In this document: in pieces, positions 38,662 through 51,632 of the stretch
How positions within the stretch are numbered: the first letter of the stretch is position 1
How the letters are laid out: each line of letters begins with the position of its first letter
DNA from: Rhynchobatus australiae
Lineage: Eukaryota
DNA length: 64,000 nucleotides
Assembly (NCBI GenBank): GCA_034780895.1
Contig: JAUZTB010003499.1
Location: forward strand, 1 to 64,000
Direction: 5' to 3'
Program-made: the position numbers and the translations under genes
Notes under the pieces: model-generated
Seen by the model: only the letters and a program-made list of their open reading frames with translations
Told to the model about the DNA's origin: nothing
Databases searched by the model: none

Positions 38662-39736
38662 CAGTCTTAATCATCAAGCTTTCAAGTTTTTAAAATCAAA
38701 ATCTTCGCAAGATCTACTTAAAGAAAGATCAGTACGTGATTATGCTGCCAATTATTTTTTTATTGCTGAAAAAATAGCCTCACAAAAACTAGTAAATAAA
38801 ATTGTTACGATGCAATTTTTCCAAAGGCACGATAATGCCCTTTTAGCTGGCATTGAAGAAGTTTTAGCTTTTTTAGAAAAACATAGTAACACTAAAAACT
38901 ACCAAATTCGTTATTTAGAAGAAGGCTCAATTATTAAAGCCAATGAAGTCGTCTTAGAACTCAAAGGACACTATCAAGATTTCGGAGTTTATGAAGGCAT
39001 TATTGATGGTATTTTAGCACGTGCTACTTCGGTTGCGTCTAATACTAAAGCTTGTATTGATGCTGCGCCTCACAAAAAGATTATTATTATGTCCGATCGT
39101 TCAGATCATTATTCCAACCAATGAAGAGATGGCGCCGCTTTAAGAGTGGCCGGGATTGACAATTTTCCCACACGCGCAAGCGCAAATGGTGATGATGAAA
39201 AAGTTTTTGGTTCCATTCCTCACGCTTTAATACAAATGTGTCAAGGTGATTTAGTTAAAGCGATGCAATATTATTTAGAACTTTTTCCTAAAGAAAAAGA
39301 CTTTGTCGCTTTAGTTGATTATAATAATGACGTTATTAGTGATTCTTTAAAAGTTTTAAAAGCTTTTGGCAAACGCTTAAACGGCGTCAGAGTCGACACC
39401 TCAAAAGCCATTAGTGATAAAATGTTCGATCAAGAAGCAAAAAGACCTTTTGGAGTCGCTATTGAACAAATTAAACGCTTACGCCAAGCTTTAGATCAAG
39501 CTCAAGGCGAACACGTTCGTATTATTGTTTCGAGCGGTTTTGATCCCCAAAAAATTCGCGATTTTGAAAAAGCTAAAACCCCAGTTAACGCCTACGGTGT
39601 TGGCGAGTACATTTTAAAAATAAATCATACTTTTTCTTGTGATGCGGTTTTGTTAAACGGCCATAAAGAAGCTAAAGCAGGACGCTTTTATAGTAATAAT
39701 CCGCAGCTGAAAACTTATCAAGGACCTAAATCTTAA
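38645..39736 (+). CDS. pncB: Nicotinate phosphoribosyltransferase
   Basis: MQFFQR, GSIPHALIQ, LVDYNNDVI, GVRVDTS, IIVSSGF; TTG start after AAGGAG (approximate). Confidence 0.88.
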
Positions 39737-39738
39737 TT

Positions 39739-40470
39739 ATGATTGAACAAATTTTGGTGGGCCTAGGCATTAATTTAGTTTTATTAATGATTACTTATTT
39801 ATTAGGTTCAATTAATATTGCGCTTCTAATTTCACGTATCGTTTTTAAAGACGATATTCGTAAATACGGTTCTGGCAATGCTGGTGCTACCAATATGTTG
39901 CGTCGTTTTGGTGTTAAAATTGGTTTTTTAATATTTGTCGCCGATATTTTAAAAGTTTACTTTGTTTCCTTAATCATTTTTGCAATTAATAGCGCGCTGA
40001 ATCAAAATAATCCTTTTTATACCCAATGAGTTGTAGAAGATTTAAGTTATTATACTTTATACCCACAAGTAGCCGCTTTTGGCATGATTATTGGACATAT
40101 CTACCCAATTTTCTTTAAATTTAAAGGCGGAAAAGGGGCAGCCGCTTTAGTAGGCTTTTTACTAACGATTAATTTTGTTTTCTTTATCTTTGGCGCTTTA
40201 GTCTTTTTAGCATTTTTATTTTGACGTAAAATTGTGAGTTTAGCAACCATAAGCGCAATTTCTTTATTAGTGCCTTTAGCTTTTATTCCACTCTTGGCTG
40301 CATTACCTTTAGGCTTTTTAGCGATTCGTGCTTTATGGTATTTAAATGGCATCTTTTATTTTTTTAGCGCCTTTTTAATTATTTTTAAACACCGTGACAA
40401 CATTCAAAGATTACTAAAAAAAGAAGAAAAAACAATTTCCGCTTTTTTTAAACGAAAATCAACTTTATAA
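39739..40470 (+). CDS. plsY: Glycerol-3-phosphate acyltransferase PlsY
   Basis: DIRKYGSGNAGATN, GHIYPIF.KFKGGKG, KHRDNIQRL. Confidence 0.93.
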
Positions 40471-40486
40471 TTGTTTTTAAAAAAAT

Positions 40487-41353
40487 TTAATTACTACTAA
40501 TAATAATTTTCTTGTCAATAATTTCACTTTTTTTAAAAGCTCTTTTAGTGTGGCAAATGTTGCAAATGGTTTCAATTTTGTTTTGCTTTTTAAAAAGTTG
40601 GTCTAAGTCTTGATAACTATAATTACTTAAGGCAATTAAAGTTTTTTCTTGCGAACATTTACACTGATGGTGCATCTCGATAGTTTTTAAGAGTTGGGCA
40701 CTAAAAATTTGCATGATCGTTTCTAAAGAAGTTTTTTTTAAATTAAGTTCTTGAAAAAGTTTGGCAATTCGCGCTGCTGCTTTTTCTTTAGTTTTTGGTA
40801 AAAGTTGCACTAAAAAGCCTTGCGCACGCACTAGGTTTTTCTTATCATTAAAAATTACTAAAGTTTTTAGCGCAGTATAAATTTGCATGCTTTGATTAAA
40901 AAAATAAACAATATCAGTAACAAAATCGCCAGCTGCTAAAGGCGTTTTGGTTTGGTAATTTTGCCCTTTTCAATAAAAAGAAACATTAACAATGCCTCGA
41001 TCACCTAGAGCTAATGGTAAAGGAATGGTGTTAAAAAGAGCAGCGCCCTTATCATCATATTCGCTACTTAAGAGGGGATTTTTTAAATAAGCGCTTAGAA
41101 AATTACGCTCTTGAACAATAACGTGTACGCCTTTAGAAGCGCCTTCTTCACCGATCGTAATTTCTAAGTCACCAAACTTTGTTAGTACGTGTCCTAAAAC
41201 TCCTAAAGCAGTGATGCCTTCGGCAAGCACCTTTTTAGCAAAAGGAGGATAATCGCTTTTAAGTTTTAATATGTCTTTAATTACTTTAGTGTAATCATAA
41301 TAAAAAAAGCGCGCCTCATCGGAAATTAAAATTTGGGTAATACTTTTATTCAT
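40487..41353 (-). CDS. hslO: Hsp33 redox chaperone
   Basis: YFFNQSMQI, GFLVQLLP, CKCS...CNIC zinc centre. Confidence 0.88.
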
Positions 41354-42224
41354 AAGTTACTCCTTGCAAATTTTTTAACCATTTTAAAAACCATCAATAA
41401 GTTTTTTCTAAATCGTTTTGATTGGCACCTTTTTTAAAATTGAGATTTGTTGCTAACTTATTAAATTGCTCATTAATAGCATTTTCTTGAGTGGCTGGCT
41501 CCAAAGTTAATTGCGCTAGTAATTTTGGATAATTATAACTCAACTTTTGGTAACTAGATTGCGCCAATCATTCAATTTTAGTAAGCGTTTGTTTTAAAGA
41601 ACCAATCATCAAAAGTTGTAAAGCTCAATTTTGATTGTCAAGTTTTGGCCATAAAAGGCCCGGTGTATCTAAAAGATTGTACTCTTGTTGACGATCATTA
41701 ATGCGAATTCATTGTAAATTTTTTGTAATTCCGGGAATATTGGCCGCTGCCACTTTTTTTCTTTGCCTTAAAAGATTAATTAAAGTGCTTTTACCAACGT
41801 TAGGAACACCAACGATAAATAAATTAAATGGTGGCTTGTGAAATCCTTGTTTTGCCTTTTTTCTTTTGATTTGAGCGAGAGCTTGCTTAATGGCATTTAA
41901 TAAAAGCCTACGGCTTGAAGGTTTTTTTAAATTAATTAATAAATATTGATAATTTTTATCAAGCTCAAAATTGTTTAAGATTTGAGGATACTTAGCTAAA
42001 TCGGCTAAATCTTTTTTTGCCAAAACTAAAAGTAAAGCTTTATTTTTAAAAGTAGTTATTAGTTTGTGATGAAAAGTAGCTAAAGGCGCGCGTGCATCTA
42101 AAACAACAATAATTAAATCTGCTAATTGTCCTTTAGCTACTAAAAGGCGCCACGCTTTGGCCATATGGCCAGGGTATCAATTGATCGTTTCAGAAGTTGC
42201 TAAAGGCTTATCATTTTTTGTCAT
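41346..42224 (-). CDS. rbgA: Ribosome biogenesis GTPase RbgA/YlqF
   Basis: INWYPGHMAKA, DARAP, GVPNVGKSTLIN, PGIT, LLDTPG. Confidence 0.93.
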
Positions 42225-42492
42225 GATTGTCTTCACTATAAAAATTTTTCATCATTTTTAAAGTTTTGTTTTGAATTCTGAGGCGATTAATTTCGCTACT
42301 TAAAAGCTCAAGCTGTTCTTTTAGCTCTTTAATGCGGGCCTCTTTATAAAAAGTCGTTTTTCTTAAAGAGTCTAGTTGTTTGTGAATTTCTAAAAAGAAA
42401 GCATCAACTTCAAAGGCATCATAGCCATTAATTTTGGTATTAAATTTTTTATTAATGATCATTTCCATGACTGCTTTCATTGTATCTTCCAT
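42208..42492 (-). CDS. DivIVA/GpsB-domain protein
   Basis: IINKKF...NGYDAFEVDAF plus coiled coil. Confidence 0.85.
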
Positions 42493-42500
42493 ATTACTCC

Positions 42501-43220
42501 TTAGTTCTCCTGGCTTAAATGATGCATTAAAATGGCTCCAGCTAGGGCTACATTTAAAGATTCGAAATTAACTTTTATTAATAAATTAGTATCAAAATAT
42601 TTTACTAAATCTTGATCTACGCCTTGACTTTCATTACCTAATATTAAAAGATGTTTACTTTTTTTGATAATATTAGTCAATCTTTTAGTTTCGCCTTTCA
42701 AAAAGGTGCCATAAATTGTATAACCTGCTTTTTTTAAATTAAGGAGGTGCTCAATTTTGCTTTTTTCATCGATAAGTTTTAATTCTAAAAGAAAATGAGC
42801 GCCTTGGGCGGCGCGCAAAACTTTGGGCGCAAAAGCATCAAAGTGATAATAATAAACTTGTTGATAACCAAAAGCGACTGCTGAACGTAATAAGGTGCCA
42901 AAATTTCCTGGATCACTAACTTTGTCTAATCACAAAATTCTTTTGGTAGCAAAACGTAATTTTTGATAATCTTGGAATTTAATTAGAGCTAATTGATAAG
43001 TGGAAGTTACTAAAGTTGATAAAGATTTTAATAAACTTGGCGCTAAGCAAAAATCGGCTGTTTCTTGATTGTTAATCGTTTGTAAAGGAATTTTTGCTCT
43101 TTGCGCTTCAGTAATTAAATTTTCGCCTTCAATTAAAAAAGCTTGCGCTTGGAAGCGCCCTTTTTTAGTTAAGAGTTTTTTTAAAAACAAGTATTTAGGA
43201 TTACTTTTGCTCTTTATCAT
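42501..43220 (-). CDS. TrmH/SpoU family RNA methyltransferase
   Basis: DPGNFGTLLRSA.AFG, LGNESQGV, ESLNVALAGAI. Confidence 0.9.
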
Positions 43221-43734
43221 ACAAAAAATATTTTCCTTTTTGCACTTCGTAAAGGGATAAACTCGGAAAATCAAGTTGTCTTAAAACTTCATAAACGATA
43301 ATAGCTACTGAATTAGCTAAATTTAAAGAACGATTTTGCTTACTCATAGGAATTCGTAAAACGTCTTCTAAATGTTCTTGCAATATTTTTTTTGGTATCC
43401 CGGTTGATTCGCGCCCAAAAATAAAGAAAAGATCTTGGTGTAATTTTTGTGCTTTTTGATAATCTACTTTAGCATAATTTTTAAGACCGTAGCGCGAAAT
43501 ATAATAAATTTTTTGATCTTGATACTTTTGATAAAAAGCGTCAAAACTTTCATGTATTTCATGAGCTATTTCTTGAAGCGTATGCCCAGCCGCAGCGCGC
43601 TTGGTTTTGGGATGTGCTAATTCAAAACTAAAAGGTTTAATTAAGTGCAATTTACTATTAGTTGCATAAGCAGTGCGAATCGTTGCGCCTGTATTTTGTG
43701 CGATTTCGGGTTGGTAAAAAACGATATGAATCAT
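43201..43734 (-). CDS. trmL: tRNA (cytidine(34)-2'-O)-methyltransferase
   Basis: PEIAQNTG, FGRESTG, RIPM...RSLNLANS. Confidence 0.92.
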   Translation of the reverse strand: MIHIVFYQPEIAQNTGATIRTAYATNSKLHLIKPFSFELAHPKTKRAAAGHTLQEIAHEIHESFDAFYQKYQDQKIYYISRYGLKNYAKVDYQKAQKLHQDLFFIFGRESTGIPKKILQEHLEDVLRIPMSKQNRSLNLANSVAIIVYEVLRQLDFPSLSLYEVQKGKYFLYDKEQK

Positions 43735-43877
43735 AAAAAAATTATAAAAGAAAGCGCCTAGAACTTAGTAAAAATTAACTCACATTTCATTTTTAAGTAT
43801 ACTTTTCAAAGTTTTAAAAAGTTTCAAGGAGCTTCAAAACTTCTTAAAAAATAAAAAATTGGAAAAATTAATACTAA

Positions 43878-43902
43878 AAAACAACGAATTATTCGTTGTT
43901 TT
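43878..43902 (-). terminator. Terminator after membrane paralogue 1
   Basis: aaaacaacgaat-t-attcgttgtttt inverted repeat. Confidence 0.65.
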
Positions 43903-43994
43903 GCACTTTTGATAAGAGCTCAGTTTTGTAGCTAGGAGCTTTAAATTTCTTTATTTTGACTTTCTAGGGAAACGCTTTCAGGCGTAGCAGTTTC

Positions 43995-44405
43995 TTATGC
44001 TTCTGAGATTTTATCTACTTTAAATTTTTTGAAAGCAAAAAAGGCTAAACCGTGAAAAATAAAAGAAATAGCAATGCCTAACAATAAAAATACAAAAATA
44101 TTTTTGTGTTGTTGTTTTATTTGTTGTTTTAATGATTCAGGAAAATTTGAAAACTTAACGGCAACAACGATGCCCAGAACAAAAGGAATCACCCATGCAG
44201 GAATGCCTAAGATTATGGTTACAGTTAAAAAAGTCACAGCGCCTTCAAAATTACTAAATGCTTCATTAACGTTTTTGGCATCTGCTCTAGCAATTATTTG
44301 GGCAACTACTATAACAGTTAATGTAAATAAGAAAAACAAAACACCAAAAATTCAGTTTACAAAAGTTAAATTTTTAAGTTTATTCAATCTTTGTTGAATC
44401 TCCAT
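43995..44405 (-). CDS. Small 3-TM membrane protein, paralogue 1
   Basis: MEIQQRLNKL...FSNFE...GIPAWVIPFVL...KFSNFPESLK; AGAAGG RBS. Confidence 0.8.
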
Positions 44406-45612
44406 TTATCACCTTCTAGATTTATTTTTAATTAAATTAATTACATTATATTTTATCAATATAACTTTTAGTTATTTTCATTTAATTTATTTAATAAATT
44501 AAAAGCTTTTCATTCTAAAACTTTTCTTAGTTTAAAAACAAAAAGCCTATGATTTTTAAGTCTTATATTTTTACTTTACATTTGCAAATGCTAAGCCAAA
44601 ACAAATAGCAAAACTTCTTAGTGTAAGTAATATTTAAGAAACGATGGCTAAAATTAAATTTACTTTTATAGAAGTTGATTATTAATTTAGTGATAATCAA
44701 AAGTATTATTAAAAACATTAACACTAAAGTTTGAAATTAAAAATTTTTGCGATAACTAAACATTTATTAAAGAATCTTTAAAATTGTCATAAAAAGCTCA
44801 TTAAAGTAGAATTTTAAAAACACAAAGTCATAAAATTAATTACCATCTCTTAAAATTATGATAGTTAGACTTTAACATTTGGCAAAATCGCTTAGTAAAA
44901 ACTACTTTTAGTGCTAAATTAGCTACCTTTTTCTGCCCAAAAGCGAGTCAATAATCATAAATTAGAAGACGCTGATATTTTTCGTTCTAAGCTAGCGAAC
45001 AGCTAAAATTTTAGCTAAAAAAATTAATGCTCCTGTTTATACTACCGCTTTAGTCATCAAGAAATTAGCTTAAACTCTAGCTTTTGTTTTTAAAATAAAT
45101 ACCTTTACATTATTTTAGATACAAGCGAAAAATTAGCCATGAATAGCGCTTGATTTACTGTGCGAGTTGAGCTTAAAAAATATTGTTTTCATGAATTTTT
45201 TTTGTGTATGTACTTTTGTTAATAAGATATTTTTAATGCTGCTCTGTTTTCTCTTAAAAATTATATTTAAAAGTTTTTTGATAATCTGCCTTGGCATAAT
45301 TTTAAAACTAAAGTAAAATATGATATATTTTTTACTTATGAATTTTGAAAAAACATTAAAAATTCATGTATTTTATGAGTCATTTTTTGAATGGTAAATC
45401 TAGTTGCATCTTTTATAGATAAAATAAATTCAAACTAAAAAGTTTAAATTAAGTTGCAATTTACTATTTTATCTAAAGAGCTAGAATCATTAATTGCCTC
45501 TAGCTTTTAATTTTTTTAAAAACGAAAGCTACCTAAAAGAATTTACCAAAAAGTTTTTAGTGCTTAGTGAAAATTTACTTTTTACTTTAGAAAATAAAAT
45601 TTGCAAAAATTA

Positions 45613-45650
45613 AAACTCAAAAACACAAATAAATTGCTGTTTTTGAGTTT
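45613..45650 (-). terminator. Terminator after membrane paralogue 2
   Basis: aaactcaaaaaca...tgtttttgagttt. Confidence 0.6.
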
Positions 45651-45682
45651 GATAGAAACTAAGGTCTTAGTAGCTATGAGCT

Positions 45683-46138
45683 TTAAATTTCTTTATTTTG
45701 ACTTTCTAAGGAAACGCTTTCAGGGTTAGCATTTTGGGCAAATTCAGGCATTTTCTCAACTTTAAGCTTTTTGAGCGCAAAATAGGCTATACCTTCAAAA
45801 ATAAAAGGAAGGACAAAAATTGCTAACAATAAGAAAACAAAAATACTTCCGTTTTGTTCTTTGAGCGATTCAGGAAATTTTGAATATTTAACAACTGTAA
45901 TAATGGCAAGAACAAAAGGAATCACCGATACAGGAATGCCTATAATCACAGCTACGACAAAAAAAGTCGTTGCGTTTTCAAAATTACTAAATGCTTGATC
46001 AGTGTTTGTGGCATCTGTTCTTGCGAATATCTGAGCAACTATTACTGAAGAAATTATGAATAATATAAATATAATTGTAAAAATTCAAGTTACCAAAGTT
46101 AATTTTATGAGTTTATTCAATCTTTCTTGAATCTCCAT
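45683..46138 (-). CDS. Small 3-TM membrane protein, paralogue 2
   Basis: MEIQERLNKL...FSNFE...GIPVSVIPFVL...KYSKFPESLK; same RBS context as paralogue 1. Confidence 0.8.
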
Positions 46139-46285
46139 TTATCACCTTCTAAATTTAGCTTTTAATTATTTAATACATAATATTTTACATCAAAATAAAT
46201 TATAATAACTTATTTATATTTTACTTATAAGCTAGATTTTGTAAAACTTTACTTAGTTTCAAAATGAAAAGGTTATAATTTTAAA

Positions 46286-47614
46286 ATGTTAGATTTTCTT
46301 GGTTCGCGTTTGCAAAAAAGCTTAGCAAAAATGAATAAAAAAGCGCATCTTAGTGAAAGTGATATTTGAGAAGCAATGCGTGAAATTAAATTTGCTCTTT
46401 TAGAAGCTGATGTTAATTTAGTCGTAGTTAAAAGTTTTATTAAAAACGTTAAAACGAAAGTTTTAAATTCTCAAATTTTCGGACAACTAAACGCTTATCA
46501 AAGCGTTGTTAAAATCGTTAAAGAAGAGTTAATTCAAGTTTTAGGTTCAAAAACACAAAGTCTTAAAATTAATCACCACCCTTATAAAATTATGATGGTT
46601 GGGCTTCAAGGATCAGGAAAAACTACTTCTAGTGCCAAGCTGGCCACTTTTTTACGCAAAAAAAAGCTCGTTCATAATCCGCTTTTAGTAGCCGCTGATA
46701 TTTATCGCCCTGCAGCTATTGAACAGTTAAAAATTTTAGGTAAAGAAATTGGTGTCAAGGTTTTTGCTTTAGCACAAGCTAGTGCCCAAGCAATTAGTGC
46801 CCAAGCTTTAGATTTTGCTTTTCAAAATAAGCACGATTGTATCATTTTAGATACTGCCGGAAGGCTCGCTATTGATACTAATTTAATGACCGAACTAATT
46901 GAGCTTAAAAAAATCTTTCGTCCTGATGAAATTATTTTTGTGCTCGATGCTCTGAGCGGCCAAGACATTGTTAATGTAGCTCAAACTTTTCATCAAAAAC
47001 TCAACTTGAGCGCCTCATTAATTACTAAACTTGATTCCGATGCGCGCGCTGGGGCCGCTTTATCGTTGCGCCAATTACTAAAACTACCTATTAAGTACAT
47101 TGGTACTGGAGAAAAAATTTCCCAGCTTGATCTTTTTCATCCCCAAAGAATGGCCGAGCGCATTTTAGGCATGGGCGATGTTTTAAGTTTAATTGAAAAA
47201 GCAGAAGAAGTCGTAGACGAAAAAAGAAGTCGCAAGATGATGAGTCGTTTAATGGCGGGTCAATTTAGTCTTGATGATCTTTTGGAAAATTTAAAACAAA
47301 TTAAAAAAATGGGCAAAATGAAAGCTTTGGTGAAACTAATTCCTGGTATTGCTAATAAAATTGATGATTCGCAACTCGATAGCGCTGAAGAAAAACTAAA
47401 ACTTTTTGAAGTCTTGATTAACTCCATGACTTTTGAAGAACGAAAAAATCCTAAATTATTAAAAAACGCTTCGCGTAAAGAAAGAATAATTAAAGGCTCA
47501 GGCCGCAAAGTTCAAGAATACAATCGTTTAGTTAATGAATTTGAAAAACTTTCGCAACAAATGAAACGCGTTTCATCGAGTTTTAAAAGCGGTAAAAACC
47601 CTTTTAATCTTTAG
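46286..47614 (+). CDS. ffh: Signal recognition particle protein
   Basis: ALLEADV, GLQGSGKTT, DIYRPAA, DTAGR, TKLDSD, RILGMGDV. Confidence 0.97.
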
Positions 47615-47731
47615 CGCAACTTTTCCTAAAAAATTCCCATAAAGCCCAAAAAAAGCTACTTTTTCCTATAAAAGTCTTTTTTTTGTGCTTCTTTAAAGTT
47701 CTCATGCTTAGATTGAAGCAGGAGGTCAATT

Positions 47732-48028
47732 ATGAATTTACTCATAACATTAAACACAAAAGTGATCGATTTAGCACCTATTGCTAATAAAACTAGCCAA
47801 ATTATTAATACCGTTTTAGGCGCTATTAGTGGTTTGATTGCCCTAGCCTTGATTATTACGGCGATTTTTTATTTTGTAAAACTTTCTTCACAAGGTGAAA
47901 ATTTTGAACAACGTAAAAAATATTTAAGCGCCCTTAAATGAGTCGCTTTAGCTTTTGTAGGAATTTTAATTATTTGGGGCATAAGTGCTAGCGCCGTAGC
48001 AATTATGCAACAAAGTTTAACGACTTAG
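47732..48028 (+). CDS. Pilin-like (VirB2-like) conjugal transfer protein (Mbov_0395-like)
   Basis: GGAGG RBS; 98 aa with two hydrophobic helices separated by a charged loop; first gene before VirB4. Confidence 0.7.
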
Positions 48029-48032
48029 CAAT

Positions 48033-49100
48033 ATGAAATTTATTAACTGAATTAAATACGCTTTTTTTTATGTCGGCTGAAACGTCTTTATTAAAGGACC
48101 TTTGTATGTTCTGCACGAGTTACACAATCTCATCGAGTTTGTTTCTTTAGATTTTGTTAATTATCTTTTTTTCGAAGGCAAAAAGAGTGATGGCTTTAGT
48201 AATACTCCTAAACTTTTTGGCTTTTTTGCCTTATTGGCTTTAGTCGTCTTTTTCTTTATTTTAATTAGCATTTATTTTACTATTATTAATCAAAACCGTT
48301 TTGAAAGTGGCCTAAAAAAACTCAAATACGCCCTCAAGCATAGCGCTATTTCGGTCTTAGCGATTATTTTTTTACCTTTAAGTTTTATCGTTTTATTTTA
48401 CTTTTTTTCACAAGCTATACTTTTAAGTTCTGCTGCTTTTAGCAAAGAGTACAATTTCACTTTTGCGGAACAGCTTTACATGAATATTCATATCGGTACT
48501 AATCAATTTGATGATATTGCGTATAATTTTATTAAAGGTAGACACGAAAGCAACTTCGCCGCTCCTAGTTATGACACTTGATTTAATTCGCATTATAATA
48601 GTTTTAATTTTTTTGTTTTAGTCATTAGTGTTTTAGTTTTAATCGTTTTAATGAGCAAAATTTTTATCCTTATTTTTAAAACGCAAATTGAACTTACCTT
48701 TTTATTTTTAATTTCACCTATTATTATCGCTTGAATTAGTGATTATCGCAACTACAAAATTAGCAAATTAAAAAACGATATTATTAAAAAAATGGTAATT
48801 ATTTTTTCCTTAATTCTCTTTTTAAAATTAAGCACTTACTTAAACACTTTTATAATTGATTTTTACGATTATAAGTTTTTTTCAAACAATCGGCCTGCTT
48901 TTATTGTGATTCATGCTTTTATTCTCGTTTCGACAGTGTTTGCCATTAGTCAAATTCCTAAAATTTTTGGCCAGTATTTTAAAACGCGCGAATTTATCAA
49001 AGATCCAAAAACTACTGTACGCAATTATTATCAAAATAATTACGCTTCTTATTTTAAAAAAGATATGCACTATCATTGAGCGCAAAAAACGAGGCATTAA
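48033..49100 (+). CDS. Polytopic membrane protein, VirB6/TrbL-like (Mbov_0396-like)
   Basis: 355 aa, several TMs, IELTFLFLISPIIIA motif typical of ICE VirB6-like proteins. Confidence 0.7.
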
Positions 49101-51632
49101 ATGATCGTTCCTAAAAGTTTAAAAACTTCCAGTTTATACATTTGAAAAAAATACACTTTGTACGATTTGCTTTACTTATTAGTAATTCTCATTTTAGCTT
49201 TTTTAATTACTCATTTTTTAAATATTAACAAAATTGTCAAACTAGTGCTTAGCTTTTTACTTTTTATGAGCTTTGCCCCTTTAGTTTTGGAATCAAAAAA
49301 ACACCATTGTAAATATTATGTACTCTTTTGATTCATTGTTTCCTATTGACTGACGCAACGAAAATATTGGGCACATAGTAAAAAAAATAATACTAATCTT
49401 TTAAATCCTTATTTAATTACTAAGGAAAAACTTTTAGCAGCGAAGAGTAAAAACGGAACTTTAGCTTATTTAAAAATTGTTAAGATTTACGGTTTTGATC
49501 TTAGTTCCTTAGAAGAAAATTTACAAGAACAAAAAATTAATAAACTAGAAGCTTTCTTGCAAACAATTGATATGCCTTTTTCCATTATTAAATTAAAAGA
49601 AGAACTTTCTTATCAAGACAATCTTTTAAAAACGCAAAATCAGTACTTAGTTGATAATTTAACTTATCGCCAAATCGTTCAAAGTTATCAAGCAACTCTA
49701 AACGATAAAAAAGCTAAGCATACTAAAAAAATTAGCTGTTATTTAGCTTTTCAAAACTTTAGTGCTCAAGATTTACAAAATAGTTTAGAAACTTTAATAA
49801 ACCAAGGGCAAAAAATTAATTTAAAAATAGAAAAAATTTCTTTAGCTAAAGAAAGCGAAATTATTGCTAAAGTTAATTATTTTAAAAACGAAGCGAGCTT
49901 ATTAAGCGAAAACTATTCTTTAAAAGAAAACAATCGTCTTCTAAAGCTTTATTTGCAAACTAAAAAAACTTTTTATAAAGCCCAATATTTGGAAACTGAT
50001 GAGCAATTAATTAATTTACAAACGCTTCATGAATTTCCTTTTGAAGTACAAAAAGGTTGGGCCAAATTGCTTTTTGATTTAGAAAGTGATCAAATTTGAC
50101 ACTTTAGTGACTTAAGCACTGAAGATGCTTATAAAAACATTGATAAAGCCATTTCAACTCAAGAGTTAAACCAGCAAACGATCAAAAATAAAGTAGCTAA
50201 GGAAAATGAAAACATTAAATTAGAAACTTTAAAACTTTTAGCTACCAAAGTCGCTTTTGGTAATTATAAAATTAAGCAAGCTGCAATTATGATTATTAAT
50301 GGCGCCACGCACTTAAAGACTTTAAAAAAAATTGTTGCTGAAAACAAAAAGAAATTGTTACCAACGGGAATAGTTTTAAACAATCAAGCGTTTAAACAAC
50401 AACTAATTCATCGCCAGCTTTTTTTAAGCTCGCAATCGTATCAAAGATTGCCTTTATCGATTCCTATAGACACACTCGCTGGCGCCTGACCTTTTTATAA
50501 TTCACAATTTAATGACGGTAATTTGTGTTATTTAGGTACTAACCATTTAAACGAAGCAATCATTTTTGATTTATTTAAAAAAGATCAACACCGCAAAAAT
50601 TCTAATGCTTTAATTTTAGGAACTTCAGGTTCAGGAAAAACGACTTTTGCCAAAAAACTACTATTGCACGAAATTATGAAAAAACGTAAAATCATTATTT
50701 TAGATCCTGAAAATGAATACACCCAGTTCATTAAAAAACTCGGCGGTAAAACTTTAAATTTAAAAATTAGTGCTTTAAGCCAAATTAATCCGCTCAAAAT
50801 TTTAAATTTTAATAAAGCTAATAAAGAAGCTTTAATCAAGGCTCATCTTAATTGATTGCAAAGTTGATTAGCAACTTTGTATCAAAATTTTGAGTACCAA
50901 TTAATTATTGAACTAATCTTAATTTTAAAAGATCTTTATGAGGCCATTGATTATGAAAAAACTTTTAGTTGGCCCAAAATGCAAGATTTACTAAAAGCTG
51001 CGCTGCCTTTAAAAAAACAATATAACTTATTTTTTCGCCAGCTGGAAGCTGATTTTAGCGCAACTAAAAAAGAACCCAAATTAATTGAAAATTTTGATTT
51101 TAAAGCGCCAATTGTTTCTATTAACTTAAAAACAATTATGGAAAGTAGCGAAGAAAACGTCTTAATTGCTTACATTCAAATGATTTTGTATTTTTTACAA
51201 GAGTTAATTAATGAGAATCTGGTGGCCCAAAAAAGACTCATTATCTTTATGGACGAAGCTCACATATTTTTAAACTCTGAATATCCTAAAGCTTTAATGT
51301 TTTTGTTTCAGTGAATGAAAAGAATTCGTAAATACAATGGCTCTTTAATTTTAGCAACGCAAAATCCTAGCGATTTTCGTTTACAAGGCGCTAGTGAACG
51401 TTTAGCTTCGGCTTTAGTTAATAACGTTCAGTACAACTTCTTTTTAAATTTAAAAGATGCTGATATCGAAGCGGTTAATAAGCTTTATAAAGCTTCGGGT
51501 GGACTAACGCGAAAAGAACAGTTTTTTTTAAGTAATGCCATTCGTGGCGAAATTCTTTTCGGGATTAAAAATAATGAAAGGAAATTTTTAACTTTGCACT
51601 ACAATGAAATCGAAAAACAGTTTTGTCTTTAA
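49101..51632 (+). CDS. VirB4/TraE-like ATPase with N-terminal TM (PrgI/VirB3-like) region (Mbov_0397-like)
   Basis: Single 843-aa frame; NSNALILGTSGSGKT, ILDPENEY, FMDEAH, KRIRKYNG, ATQNPSDF. Confidence 0.9.
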
